Positions 44,012 through 52,322 of a DNA stretch of 64,000 bases are shown here, one piece after another. The DNA lies in contig JAEUWC010000019.1 in the NCBI GenBank assembly GCA_016786465.1, positions 25,905 through 89,904 on the forward strand, read 5' to 3'. Within the stretch, counting starts at the first letter, position 1. Every line of letters starts with the position of its first letter. Origin of the DNA: Bdellovibrionales bacterium. Its GTDB lineage: Bacteria > Bdellovibrionota > UBA1018. The notes below the pieces were generated by a model. The model saw only the letters and a list, made by a program, of their open reading frames with translations, ran no database searches and was not told the DNA's origin. Made by a program: the position numbers and the translations under genes.

Positions 44012-44962
44012 ATGAACACAGAACGTAAAGTCGGCGTCGTCGCAATCGCCGGACGCCCTAATGCAGGAAAAAGCACTTTGCTGAACAAGATCTTGGGTTC
44101 GACGCTTTCTATCGTCACGCCCAAGGCTCAGACAACCCGTGAACGCGTTTTAGGAATTCTGACCGAAAAGAAGGGACAGATTCTTTTCGTTGATACCCCC
44201 GGCATTCATCACGCAAAAGAAGGCGGAATCAACGAATTCATGATGAAAGAAGTCAAGGGGGCCCTAGAAGGCGTCGACGCCGTTTGGTTCCTTTTGGATC
44301 CCGAATCCAAGATTCAAGCCGAAGAAAAAGTGATCGCACTTCTGGCTGGGCTTGGACCGAATGTGCCAGTCTATTTGGTCTTTAACAAAGTCGACCTTTT
44401 GAAACGCGGGTCAGACCGCGTGAAAAAACACGCGCTGGAACTTTTGGAACTGGTCGTTAAAAAATCTAAAGAAGCGGGAATTCAGCTGAAGGGTCCTTTT
44501 GAAATTTCTGCAAAGACCGGCCGCGGGGTTGAAGACCTTTTAAATCCAACCTGGGAAGAATTGAAAGTAGGTCCGCTTCTTTATTCAGATGAAGAACAAC
44601 TTTCCGATCGTCCGACTAAGTTTTTTGTCGCTGAAATGATTCGTGAACAGCTTTTTCATTTCTTAGGTGAAGAACTTCCTTATTCCTGCGCGGTCGAAGT
44701 TGAAAAGTTTCAAGAAGACGCAAAACCATTGCGTGTGGAAGCCGTGATTCATGTCGAACGTGATTCGCAAAAAGGAATGGTCATCGGCGCCAAGGGCGCG
44801 AAGATCAAAGAAATCGGAACCGCGGCCCGTGGACGCATCGAAAAGTTCTTGGGCACCAAAATTTTTCTAGGTCTTCGCGTCGATGTCCTGAAGGACTGGA
44901 GCAAAGAAGCGAAGCACCTAAAGGCTTTGGGATACGCGCTGGGCAGCGAGGTTTCACGATGA
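44012..44962 (+). CDS. era: GTPase Era
   Basis: G1 AIAGRPNAGKST, G3 DTPG, G4 NKVD, and a C-terminal KH domain (VIGAKGAKIKEIG). Confidence 0.95.
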   Translation: MNTERKVGVVAIAGRPNAGKSTLLNKILGSTLSIVTPKAQTTRERVLGILTEKKGQILFVDTPGIHHAKEGGINEFMMKEVKGALEGVDAVWFLLDPESKIQAEEKVIALLAGLGPNVPVYLVFNKVDLLKRGSDRVKKHALELLELVVKKSKEAGIQLKGPFEISAKTGRGVEDLLNPTWEELKVGPLLYSDEEQLSDRPTKFFVAEMIREQLFHFLGEELPYSCAVEVEKFQEDAKPLRVEAVIHVERDSQKGMVIGAKGAKIKEIGTAARGRIEKFLGTKIFLGLRVDVLKDWSKEAKHLKALGYALGSEVSR

Positions 44963-46512
44963 ACCGCTTGCGAATCGTCATCGTCGGGCGCCCAAACGTA
45001 GGGAAAAGCAGCCTTTTTAACCGGCTTTTCGGCCGACGCCGTGCACTGGTTCACGACGAACCGGGCGTGACTCGGGATCGATTGGAAGAACAGTTAGAAT
45101 GGCAACACGGAAAGCAAAACCTGCCAATCACCTTGATCGATACGGGTGGTTTGGGTGGAGAGCGTTTTGCTGAAGAAATTTCGCGGCAGGTGGACATGGC
45201 CCTTCGCGAGGCGGATGTTGTCTTGGCACTTTTTGATGCGCAAGCCGGCTATACTCCCGCTGATGAGTCCGTGATTCGGGGGCTTCAGCGTTCGGGATTA
45301 CTGGGCGGAAAAGGCGAATTGGATCGAAAGGTTCAGTTGATCGGCGTCGTGAACAAGATCGATGATGAAGTTCATGAAAGCCTTTTGAATGACTTTTTTC
45401 AAAGCGGGATCGATCCGCTTTTCGGCGTTTCGGCTGAACACAATCGCGGCATCGAAGACTTGAAACTAGAAATCATTCGAGCCGCTGAAGGTTTAGGCAA
45501 AATGGTCGCCGACAAGTCTCAGGATTCGGATGAAGACCGTTGGGATGACCAGCCGAACGAAGACGAATCAGAATCTTCTGAACACTTGGACGTGGACGAC
45601 GACAGCGACTGGGAAGAATCCAATGAGCGTGACGCTGAAGAAGAAAAACGTTTAAAGGAACCTCCGCGGGTCGCGATTGTCGGGCGCCCTAATGCCGGGA
45701 AAAGCACTTTGGTGAACACGCTTTTGCGCGAAGAAAGAATGATCGTCAGTCCGGTTGCAGGAACAACTGTCGACGCAGTGGATTCGCCGGCACGGCTAGG
45801 GGATTTGGATGTAATCTTGGTGGATACCGCTGGAATTCGCCGAAAAAGCAAAACCGAACGCGGTGTTGAAGTCCTTTCGGTGATTCAAACTCAGAAGGCG
45901 CTTGAAAAGTGCGATCTGGCAATTTTGCTTTTGGATGGCGAAGGCGGAATCACTGAACAAGATGAAAAGATCGGCGGCTTGATTGAACAGGTCGGGTGCA
46001 GCGTGATCTTGATGGTGAACAAGTGGGATACGCAAAAGGCCAATGAAGACTTTAGCCGTGAACAGGCAGCTGAATTAGTGCGCAAAAAGATGGCTTATTT
46101 GCGATATGCACCGCTGCTTTTTGTTTCGGCGAAGTACCGACAGGGCCTGAAAGACTTGGGTGATTTGGTTCAAGAAGTGATGGATCAACGCCGGGTGAAA
46201 TTGACGACCAAGGAATTTACCGAATGGGTTCGAAAAGAATCTGAAGTTCACAACCCAATGGATGCGCGATTCTATCTTTGCCACCAGGCCAGTCGCTATC
46301 CGCCGACTTTTGTTTGTCACGTGAATGACCCAAAGAAGGTTCATTTCAGTTTGAAGCGCCACTTGGTGAACGCGATTCGTGATCGCTGGGGTTTTATGGG
46401 AACGCCGATTCGGCTTTTGGTGAAGCCGGGCAAGGACCGAAAGGGCCCTCGCCGAAAAAAGGACAATTTAGGGCGTCCGCTTCATGGACCGGGGTCACCA
46501 AACAAACAATAA
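44959..46512 (+). CDS. der: Double-GTPase Der (EngA) with an acidic insertion between the GTPase domains and a basic C-terminal tail
   Basis: Two G-domains (GRPNVGKSSLFN... and GRPNAGKSTLVN..., DTAG, NKWD) plus a KH-like C-terminus. Insert DSDEDRWDDQPNEDESESSEHLDVDDDSDWEESNERDAEEE. Tail ...KDRKGPRRKKDNLGRP. Confidence 0.9.
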   Translation: MNRLRIVIVGRPNVGKSSLFNRLFGRRRALVHDEPGVTRDRLEEQLEWQHGKQNLPITLIDTGGLGGERFAEEISRQVDMALREADVVLALFDAQAGYTPADESVIRGLQRSGLLGGKGELDRKVQLIGVVNKIDDEVHESLLNDFFQSGIDPLFGVSAEHNRGIEDLKLEIIRAAEGLGKMVADKSQDSDEDRWDDQPNEDESESSEHLDVDDDSDWEESNERDAEEEKRLKEPPRVAIVGRPNAGKSTLVNTLLREERMIVSPVAGTTVDAVDSPARLGDLDVILVDTAGIRRKSKTERGVEVLSVIQTQKALEKCDLAILLLDGEGGITEQDEKIGGLIEQVGCSVILMVNKWDTQKANEDFSREQAAELVRKKMAYLRYAPLLFVSAKYRQGLKDLGDLVQEVMDQRRVKLTTKEFTEWVRKESEVHNPMDARFYLCHQASRYPPTFVCHVNDPKKVHFSLKRHLVNAIRDRWGFMGTPIRLLVKPGKDRKGPRRKKDNLGRPLHGPGSPNKQ

Positions 46513-47355
46513 GCCGGTCACCACCGAATAGAACTGACCGCTTAAGTCACTGACGCCAAAGGTTTGAAAGTCAGGACTTGTCGTGTCGCGAAAACGCGGC
46601 AGGTGAAGTTTTCCTTCAAAAGACAAGTAAAGGCGCCTTTTTCTTAAAGCGAATTCTAAACCAGCACCCAGTGCGGGGCCGGGTTGGGTGTCTGGGGCTT
46701 CAGATGCTCCGGTTGAAAATGTGAATTCACGCTTCGAATATCCGCCGAAACCCAAAATGAAATAGGGGTTCGCAAAAGCAATGGCCGCTGGAAGATTGGT
46801 CGTCGTCAGATAGTACTTCACATCGACGCTGAAGTTTTGGATGGTGACGTCGGTCACGCCGCCTGCCGGAGGTGAAAAACTAAAAGGCATACTGGCAAAA
46901 CCCAGATCAATGGCGACGTTGAAATCAAACCAGTAATGCGCGCGAAGCTCGAATGAAGGGAATCCTGGCTGATAGGCTTGTCCGCGGTTGCCAGTCGCAC
47001 CTACGGCACCCGCGCCAATGCTTAAACCAAAAAGGCGTCCGTACATGAAGAACTTGGTGTCTTCCGCTTCTTGTTCTTCGTCATTCGAAAGTTCACCGTA
47101 TTCGGTGTAAGGCGACGTCGAAAAATCATCTTCTTCGGGATCTTGTGGTGCACCCAACGAATTTGCGCCTCCCGGAGTCGAACCCGAAGCCCCAGGCTGC
47201 GCGCCGGGTTGGCTTTGACCTGACGAAGCAGCTGAACCGGCTGCGTTTGGGTCCGCAACAGGATTGGGTGCCATTTGCGCAAGCGCTGCACCCGGAAGCA
47301 TAGAAATCATAAGGAATGCGGAAATCAGCTTAGAAGTAGAAGCGGATGCCGGCAT
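46495..47355 (-). CDS. Outer-membrane β-barrel protein (small porin/OmpA-β-barrel-like), ends ...GLLFVW
   Basis: Signal peptide, an N-terminal Gly/Ser/Pro/Glu-rich low-complexity region, then amphipathic β-strands and a C-terminal aromatic residue. Converges on der with an 18-nt overlap. Confidence 0.5.
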   Translation of the reverse strand: MPASASTSKLISAFLMISMLPGAALAQMAPNPVADPNAAGSAASSGQSQPGAQPGASGSTPGGANSLGAPQDPEEDDFSTSPYTEYGELSNDEEQEAEDTKFFMYGRLFGLSIGAGAVGATGNRGQAYQPGFPSFELRAHYWFDFNVAIDLGFASMPFSFSPPAGGVTDVTIQNFSVDVKYYLTTTNLPAAIAFANPYFILGFGGYSKREFTFSTGASEAPDTQPGPALGAGLEFALRKRRLYLSFEGKLHLPRFRDTTSPDFQTFGVSDLSGQFYSVVTGLLFVW

Positions 47356-47908
47356 TGATGAAGCTGATCCCCATGGTTCGTAAGATAAAAGTTCCCGTTA
47401 AATTTGAAAAACTTCCGCCAAATTCGGTCGAAAATCCCAAGCTTTCGATTCCAGGAATAAAGAATTCCGCGCCGAAGCCGCCGATGAATTCGGCACCCGA
47501 ATTTCCCGATGCGGCGACCAGTCCTCCGCCCGCAAGAAAATAGAAATTCAGATTGGTTTCATAAAAAAGATTCTTAAAAATTTTCGCGCCAAAAACAGAA
47601 TTGCCCGGAGACGTCGTTGCAACCCCGATCACCGCTTCAAGCGCTAGGTCCTTTGTCGCGCCGTATTTTAGCGATAGGGCCGGAACGCCGTTCGTCGCCT
47701 GGGTATTGCTGAATTGTGCGTTGTATCCCAAACCTAAACGCCCCTGAAGGTCTTTCGCGGACGCGTTTTCAGCAATGCCGCAAAGTACAAAAAGGATTCC
47801 CAAACTTAACGCCGCGAGTCGAGTTCGACGAAGCATCATGTTAAAAAGAGTAAACTTCAAACCAACCTTTGACAATGAAAAGACAAGGAAATTAAGGTGA
47901 GTGGACAC
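47330..47908 (-). CDS. Small outer-membrane β-barrel protein, ends ...GIRFYF
   Basis: Signal peptide ...ASAKDL, alternating Gly/aromatic strands, terminal Phe. Tandem with the previous OMP gene. Confidence 0.5.
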   Translation of the reverse strand: MSTHLNFLVFSLSKVGLKFTLFNMMLRRTRLAALSLGILFVLCGIAENASAKDLQGRLGLGYNAQFSNTQATNGVPALSLKYGATKDLALEAVIGVATTSPGNSVFGAKIFKNLFYETNLNFYFLAGGGLVAASGNSGAEFIGGFGAEFFIPGIESLGFSTEFGGSFSNLTGTFILRTMGISFINAGIRFYF

Positions 47909-47913
47909 CTAAC

Positions 47914-48741
47914 TTGGGAAATTCCAAAATGTCGACCACCAGTACACATATTGACCGCAAAGCGTTGAAACAACAGGACGAGTTTTTCAAAAGCACGAAA
48001 TCGATTTTCGATCATTTGGCTGAAAATTCAAAGGCCGTTGGGATCGCCGGCGCAGGACTTTTGGTCTTAGCTGGCGCTTGGATGGCCTACAGCGCTGTTC
48101 AAGAATCCAAAGAAGGAAAAGCGCGCGATGCTTTGTATGTCGCCCGCCAATCGATTGAAAAAGAACTTCAAGTCATCGCGGATCGCGAAAAGCCGACCCA
48201 ACCGCCTGCGACCAAGGGCAAAGACGGTAAAGAAGTGAAGTCCGAACCCGTGAAGGCGACCTTGGAAGACGTCGCTTACAAAAAACTGGATGTGGCTGCG
48301 ACTTTTCCGGAATCACAAAAAAAATTGACCGAAGTTTTTGAAAAGCATTCAGGAACCCGTGCCGCATTTGAAGCGCGATTGGCGATGGGGGATCTTTTCT
48401 ACGATCATGGACAAGCGGAAAACGCGATTGCGCATTACGAAGCTGCTTCGAAAATCGCGCCTAAAGCTTTTGAAAAGGCGATGGCTTTTTACGCTTTGGC
48501 TTACGCGAACGAAAATGCCGGAAAGTACGGGGATGCTGCTGCAGCTTTTGACCGTGCGTTATCGCTAGGTGAAACCAGCCTTCGCGCTGAACTTTTGACC
48601 GGTTTGGGTCGGGTTCATGGCTTGAATAAGAATGTCGCAGAAGCAAACAAGGCTTTGGATAAAGTGATTTCAGAATTTCCAACGTCGGATCACGCTAAAG
48701 CAGCTGAACTTCTGAAGTCCCAATTCGGATCTGGAAAATGA
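47914..48741 (+). CDS. YfgM-like membrane-anchored TPR protein
   Basis: N-terminal TM anchor VGIAGAGLLVLAGAWMAY, then a TPR-like helical domain. Sits immediately upstream of a BamB-like gene, as in the enterobacterial yfgM-bamB-der cluster. Confidence 0.55.
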   Translation: MGNSKMSTTSTHIDRKALKQQDEFFKSTKSIFDHLAENSKAVGIAGAGLLVLAGAWMAYSAVQESKEGKARDALYVARQSIEKELQVIADREKPTQPPATKGKDGKEVKSEPVKATLEDVAYKKLDVAATFPESQKKLTEVFEKHSGTRAAFEARLAMGDLFYDHGQAENAIAHYEAASKIAPKAFEKAMAFYALAYANENAGKYGDAAAAFDRALSLGETSLRAELLTGLGRVHGLNKNVAEANKALDKVISEFPTSDHAKAAELLKSQFGSGK

Positions 48742-49913
48742 CCGCGACCCTACGGGCGTCTTTCTTGATCGCGCTTGCATGGACGGTTCTGGGTTGTTCG
48801 GGTCGAAATATTCATTCGGACCTGAAAGACGACACGGCGGTTATGGTTCGAAAGTGGACCTTGCAAACGAATCCTCATCACGAAGCGGGTGACCGAGGAA
48901 CCGAATATTCCAATGCCGTTTTGGCTGAAAATACACTGATTTTTGGAAGTCGCACGGAAGGTTTGGTAGCGGTTTACCCGAAGATCTTAGAAGTCCGCTG
49001 GACTTTGCCGATCAAAGGCGGAGTAGTGAGCCCCATCGTTTTGGATCGGGGATTGGCTTACTTTGGTGGCGGTGATGGGTTTGTTTATGCGGTCACCATT
49101 GAAAACGGCCGGGTTGCGTGGCGATACGATGTTCGAAATCCTCATATTTCAAAACCCACCGTCGAAGGCGGGCGCGTTTTCGTTACCACCAGTGAAGACA
49201 CGGTTTACGCATTTGATGCGGGCACGGGGAAATGGCTTTGGCATTACACGCGCAGGTCCGGTTCGTCGGCGACCATTCTGGGCGCTTCACAACCCACAGT
49301 CGATGGAAACGACGTCATCGTCGGCCTAAGCGACGGCTTTTTGGTGGCCTTGAATGTCGATGAAGGCACTTTGAAATGGGAACGAAAACTTCACGCGGGA
49401 ACGAAGTTCACCGACGTGGATTCGCATCCGGTGGTTTCGGACGGGATGATCTATGTTTCGTCTTATGATGGATCATTGTATGCGCTGAAGCGGCAGGGCG
49501 GGCAGGTGGTCTGGAAGTTTGATTCGGGCGCTTCGAAAGCAGTTTTGGTCGAAAAAAATCGGATCTATTTACCTTCGGTCGATGGCTGGGTTTACGCCTT
49601 GGATAAGGCAAGCGCGAAAGTCGTTTGGAAGTTTGAACTGGATCGTGGAACGCCGACGGATTTTGCGGCAACTGACAAACAGCTGATCTTTGGTTCTTCC
49701 CAGCGTTATTTGTACGTACTTGAAAAGGAAACAGGCAAGGCGACGTATCGCTTTGACGCCAGTTACGAAAGTGGGTTTGCATCGGCGCCCGCATTCGATC
49801 CGGCAACGGGTCGATCGTATTTTTTAAGCAGCGGTGGAAACCTGTACGCATTCCAGCTTCGGAAAAAGTCACCGTCAAAACTAGCGGATGGATTCCAGTT
49901 CTTCCGGTTTTAA
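48738..49913 (+). CDS. bamB: BamB-like PQQ-repeat β-propeller outer-membrane lipoprotein
   Basis: Lipobox TVLGCSG. Eight repeated ...G.VY..D..G...W.... blades (VYAVTIENGRVAWRY, VYAFDAGTGKWLWHY, LYALKRQGGQVVWKF, VYALDKASAKVVWKF). Confidence 0.65.
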   Translation: MTATLRASFLIALAWTVLGCSGRNIHSDLKDDTAVMVRKWTLQTNPHHEAGDRGTEYSNAVLAENTLIFGSRTEGLVAVYPKILEVRWTLPIKGGVVSPIVLDRGLAYFGGGDGFVYAVTIENGRVAWRYDVRNPHISKPTVEGGRVFVTTSEDTVYAFDAGTGKWLWHYTRRSGSSATILGASQPTVDGNDVIVGLSDGFLVALNVDEGTLKWERKLHAGTKFTDVDSHPVVSDGMIYVSSYDGSLYALKRQGGQVVWKFDSGASKAVLVEKNRIYLPSVDGWVYALDKASAKVVWKFELDRGTPTDFAATDKQLIFGSSQRYLYVLEKETGKATYRFDASYESGFASAPAFDPATGRSYFLSSGGNLYAFQLRKKSPSKLADGFQFFRF

Positions 49914-50634
49914 ACTTTTCTTAAAAAGGATTTGGTTTGCCTGGAGCGGAATCTGCTTTGGGACGTTGACCATTATTCTGACGTTTCCGGTGATTCTTTG
50001 TGTTTCGGTCTTTGGCGAGGTCACTGGGGGTAACCTGGGTTATGTCATCCTGCGTTTTTGGGGACGACTGCACGCGTTCTTATCTGGAATTTGGGTCACC
50101 GTGGAATGGACTGCGCCCAAGTACTTGGATGGCCCAGCGATCTACATTGCCAATCATGGTTCGTACCTGGACGTGATTTCCTTGGTGCCGCGGATGCCCG
50201 TGCCGTTTCGGCCATTAGGTAAAGTTGAACTGACGAAACTGCCAGTCTTTGGACGAATGTACCGCAGGGTCATGGTGGTCGTTGATCGCGAAAGCCTGGC
50301 CAGCCGAAAGGCCAGCGTTGAAAAGTTAAAAGAACTTTTGACGAAGCATCGAATTTCGATCTTGGTTTTCCCAGAAGGAACCATGAATCGAACTCCAGAT
50401 CTTTTGACGCCGTTTAAAGACGGTGCATTTCGAATCGCTGCAGATACGGGTATTCCGATCATTCCTGTGGGCGTGATCGGAGCGCGCGAAAACATGCCCC
50501 GAAGGCCATCGTTTACGATGTCGCCAGGACGTGTTCGGCTGCGTTTTGGAGCACCGATTCAAGTACAAGGGCGGGATCCTAAGGCGTTGAAAGATGAAGC
50601 TTATGAACGCCTGAAGGCACTGCTTAGCGTCTGA
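49888..50634 (+). CDS. plsC: 1-acyl-sn-glycerol-3-phosphate acyltransferase (PlsC family)
   Basis: HX4D motif NHGSYLDV, FPEGT motif, and an N-terminal membrane anchor. Confidence 0.8.
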   Translation: MDSSSSGFKLFLKRIWFAWSGICFGTLTIILTFPVILCVSVFGEVTGGNLGYVILRFWGRLHAFLSGIWVTVEWTAPKYLDGPAIYIANHGSYLDVISLVPRMPVPFRPLGKVELTKLPVFGRMYRRVMVVVDRESLASRKASVEKLKELLTKHRISILVFPEGTMNRTPDLLTPFKDGAFRIAADTGIPIIPVGVIGARENMPRRPSFTMSPGRVRLRFGAPIQVQGRDPKALKDEAYERLKALLSV

Positions 50635-50688
50635 TAATATATATTATGTAATGTTAGGTTTTGATTCTAGGCGTCCGATAAGGACTTC

Positions 50689-51129
50689 ATGTGGAAATCC
50701 TTCATGCGTGCCGTTGCAACCCGCCTGGTCTTGGTCTTTACGCTGACCCACTTAGGCGCCCTAGTTCTGACCTACAGCGCTTACCGATCGTCTGGAAGTA
50801 TTGTTCAGATGGATCCTTGGTTCTGGGGCGGCTTGGCTTTGATCGAAGTGTCGTTTTGGATGACCCTGTACTTTTTATTCGCACCGGTTCGTAAGGTTTT
50901 GAACTGGCGCGACTGGCTGGTGAACGATCTTCCATTTTGGTTGTCCCTAATTCCAGCCGTCCTGCCATTGATTCAGATGATCCGGACTGTTTTCGCGGCG
51001 CAGACCCCGGCTAAACGCAAAGAAGCTGGCATGAACGCGGCGGTTACGGCTTTTGAAATTGCCGAACGACTTCAGAACCGTCCGCATGGACGAAGGCCCA
51101 AGAAGTCCGCGAAAAAATCGGCGGCTTAG
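50689..51129 (+). CDS. Hypothetical small membrane protein (146 aa, 4 TM) with a basic C-terminal tail
   Basis: Hydrophobicity only. Preceded by an AT-rich putative promoter region. Confidence 0.35.
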   Translation: MWKSFMRAVATRLVLVFTLTHLGALVLTYSAYRSSGSIVQMDPWFWGGLALIEVSFWMTLYFLFAPVRKVLNWRDWLVNDLPFWLSLIPAVLPLIQMIRTVFAAQTPAKRKEAGMNAAVTAFEIAERLQNRPHGRRPKKSAKKSAA

Positions 51130-51143
51130 TTTAGTCTGGGGTT

Positions 51144-52322
51144 GTGATCCCAGCACCGAAAGCAAGAATCCTTTGCGTTGGAACAGAATTGACGACTGGC
51201 CAGATTCAAAATCTGAACGCGTCGACCCTTTCACAATGGCTGACTGACCTTGGGGTCGAAGTCACTGGCCACGACGTCGTCCCTGATGACCGTAAACTGA
51301 TTCATCAAGCCCTGGTTCATTCTGAAACCGATAACGATATTTTGATCGTGACTGGCGGACTGGGCCCGACTACCGATGATTTCACGCGCGATGTAATCGC
51401 GGACTGGCTGGGCAAACCCTTAAAGTTCAGCGAAGGTTCGTGGAAGTGGATTCAAGAACGCTTGGGAAAAGCCGGGGTCGCCGTTGCCGAATCCAACCGT
51501 CAGCAGTGCTATTTTCCGGAAGGATCCGTCGAATTACATAATCCAGAAGGAACCGCGTATGGGTTTCAAGCTTGGAAGAATTCCAGACTTTGGGTCTGGG
51601 TTCTTCCCGGACCCCCTGTCGAAATTCGTGCAATCTGGAAAGGAAATCGAATCGGCGAAGTCCTTTCAAAAAAATATCCGCACGCAAAAAGGCCCAGTCT
51701 TTTTCGGTGGCAATGTTTGGGGAAAAGCGAATCCGCTTTGGGCGAAATTGTCGAATCCGCGTTGCAAGGCAGCGGCTACACGATCGGATATCGCGCGCAT
51801 CGCCCCTATATCGAAGTCAAAGTTTGGGTCGAACAACCTGAATCGGATTTACAGTGGGCGAAAAGAAAAGGCGCTTTGGAAGCGGCGATCCAGCCCTGGG
51901 TGATCTGTCGCGACGACGAAGATATAGCCGAAAAATTTGTGCAAAGCCGGTTGGGGTTAAAGAATCGAAATGTCCTGATTCATGATTCAGCAACTCAAGG
52001 TGTTCTTGCGCAGCGCTTGGGGTCTTTGAATTTAAAGGACACTGACTTCATGAATCGACTTCAAGTCATTTCTCGATTTTCCGGAAGCCAATCGGTTTCG
52101 ACGCCCGAAGGGTTTATCGAAGTTTGGAAGCTGGATTCTAAAACCGAAAAGGACGGAAGCATTCACTTTCGGTTGGAAGTTTTCTTTGGCCAGGCGACTC
52201 AGCCGGCTTGGGTCCATCAAGAAAAGCTTCCTTTCAAGGGCGAAGCTTATTTGGATCGCGCCCGCCGATTCATGGCCGAAAAGTTCCTTTTTTTAGCTTC
52301 CCAGGACCACCCTAAAGCGTGA
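51144..52322 (+). CDS. cinA: CinA-family (MoCF-binding domain) competence/damage-inducible protein
   Basis: ILCVGTELTTGQIQNLNASTLSQWLTDLGVEV...ILIVTGGLGPTTDDFTRDVIADWLGKPL (MoCF_BD fold). Confidence 0.7.
   Translation: MIPAPKARILCVGTELTTGQIQNLNASTLSQWLTDLGVEVTGHDVVPDDRKLIHQALVHSETDNDILIVTGGLGPTTDDFTRDVIADWLGKPLKFSEGSWKWIQERLGKAGVAVAESNRQQCYFPEGSVELHNPEGTAYGFQAWKNSRLWVWVLPGPPVEIRAIWKGNRIGEVLSKKYPHAKRPSLFRWQCLGKSESALGEIVESALQGSGYTIGYRAHRPYIEVKVWVEQPESDLQWAKRKGALEAAIQPWVICRDDEDIAEKFVQSRLGLKNRNVLIHDSATQGVLAQRLGSLNLKDTDFMNRLQVISRFSGSQSVSTPEGFIEVWKLDSKTEKDGSIHFRLEVFFGQATQPAWVHQEKLPFKGEAYLDRARRFMAEKFLFLASQDHPKA

Noticed and set aside
50635-50688. AT-rich palindromic stretch TAATATATATTA upstream of the small membrane-protein gene
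   Set aside because: Probably just a sigma70 -10-rich promoter region. It is too short and simple to call a regulatory site.
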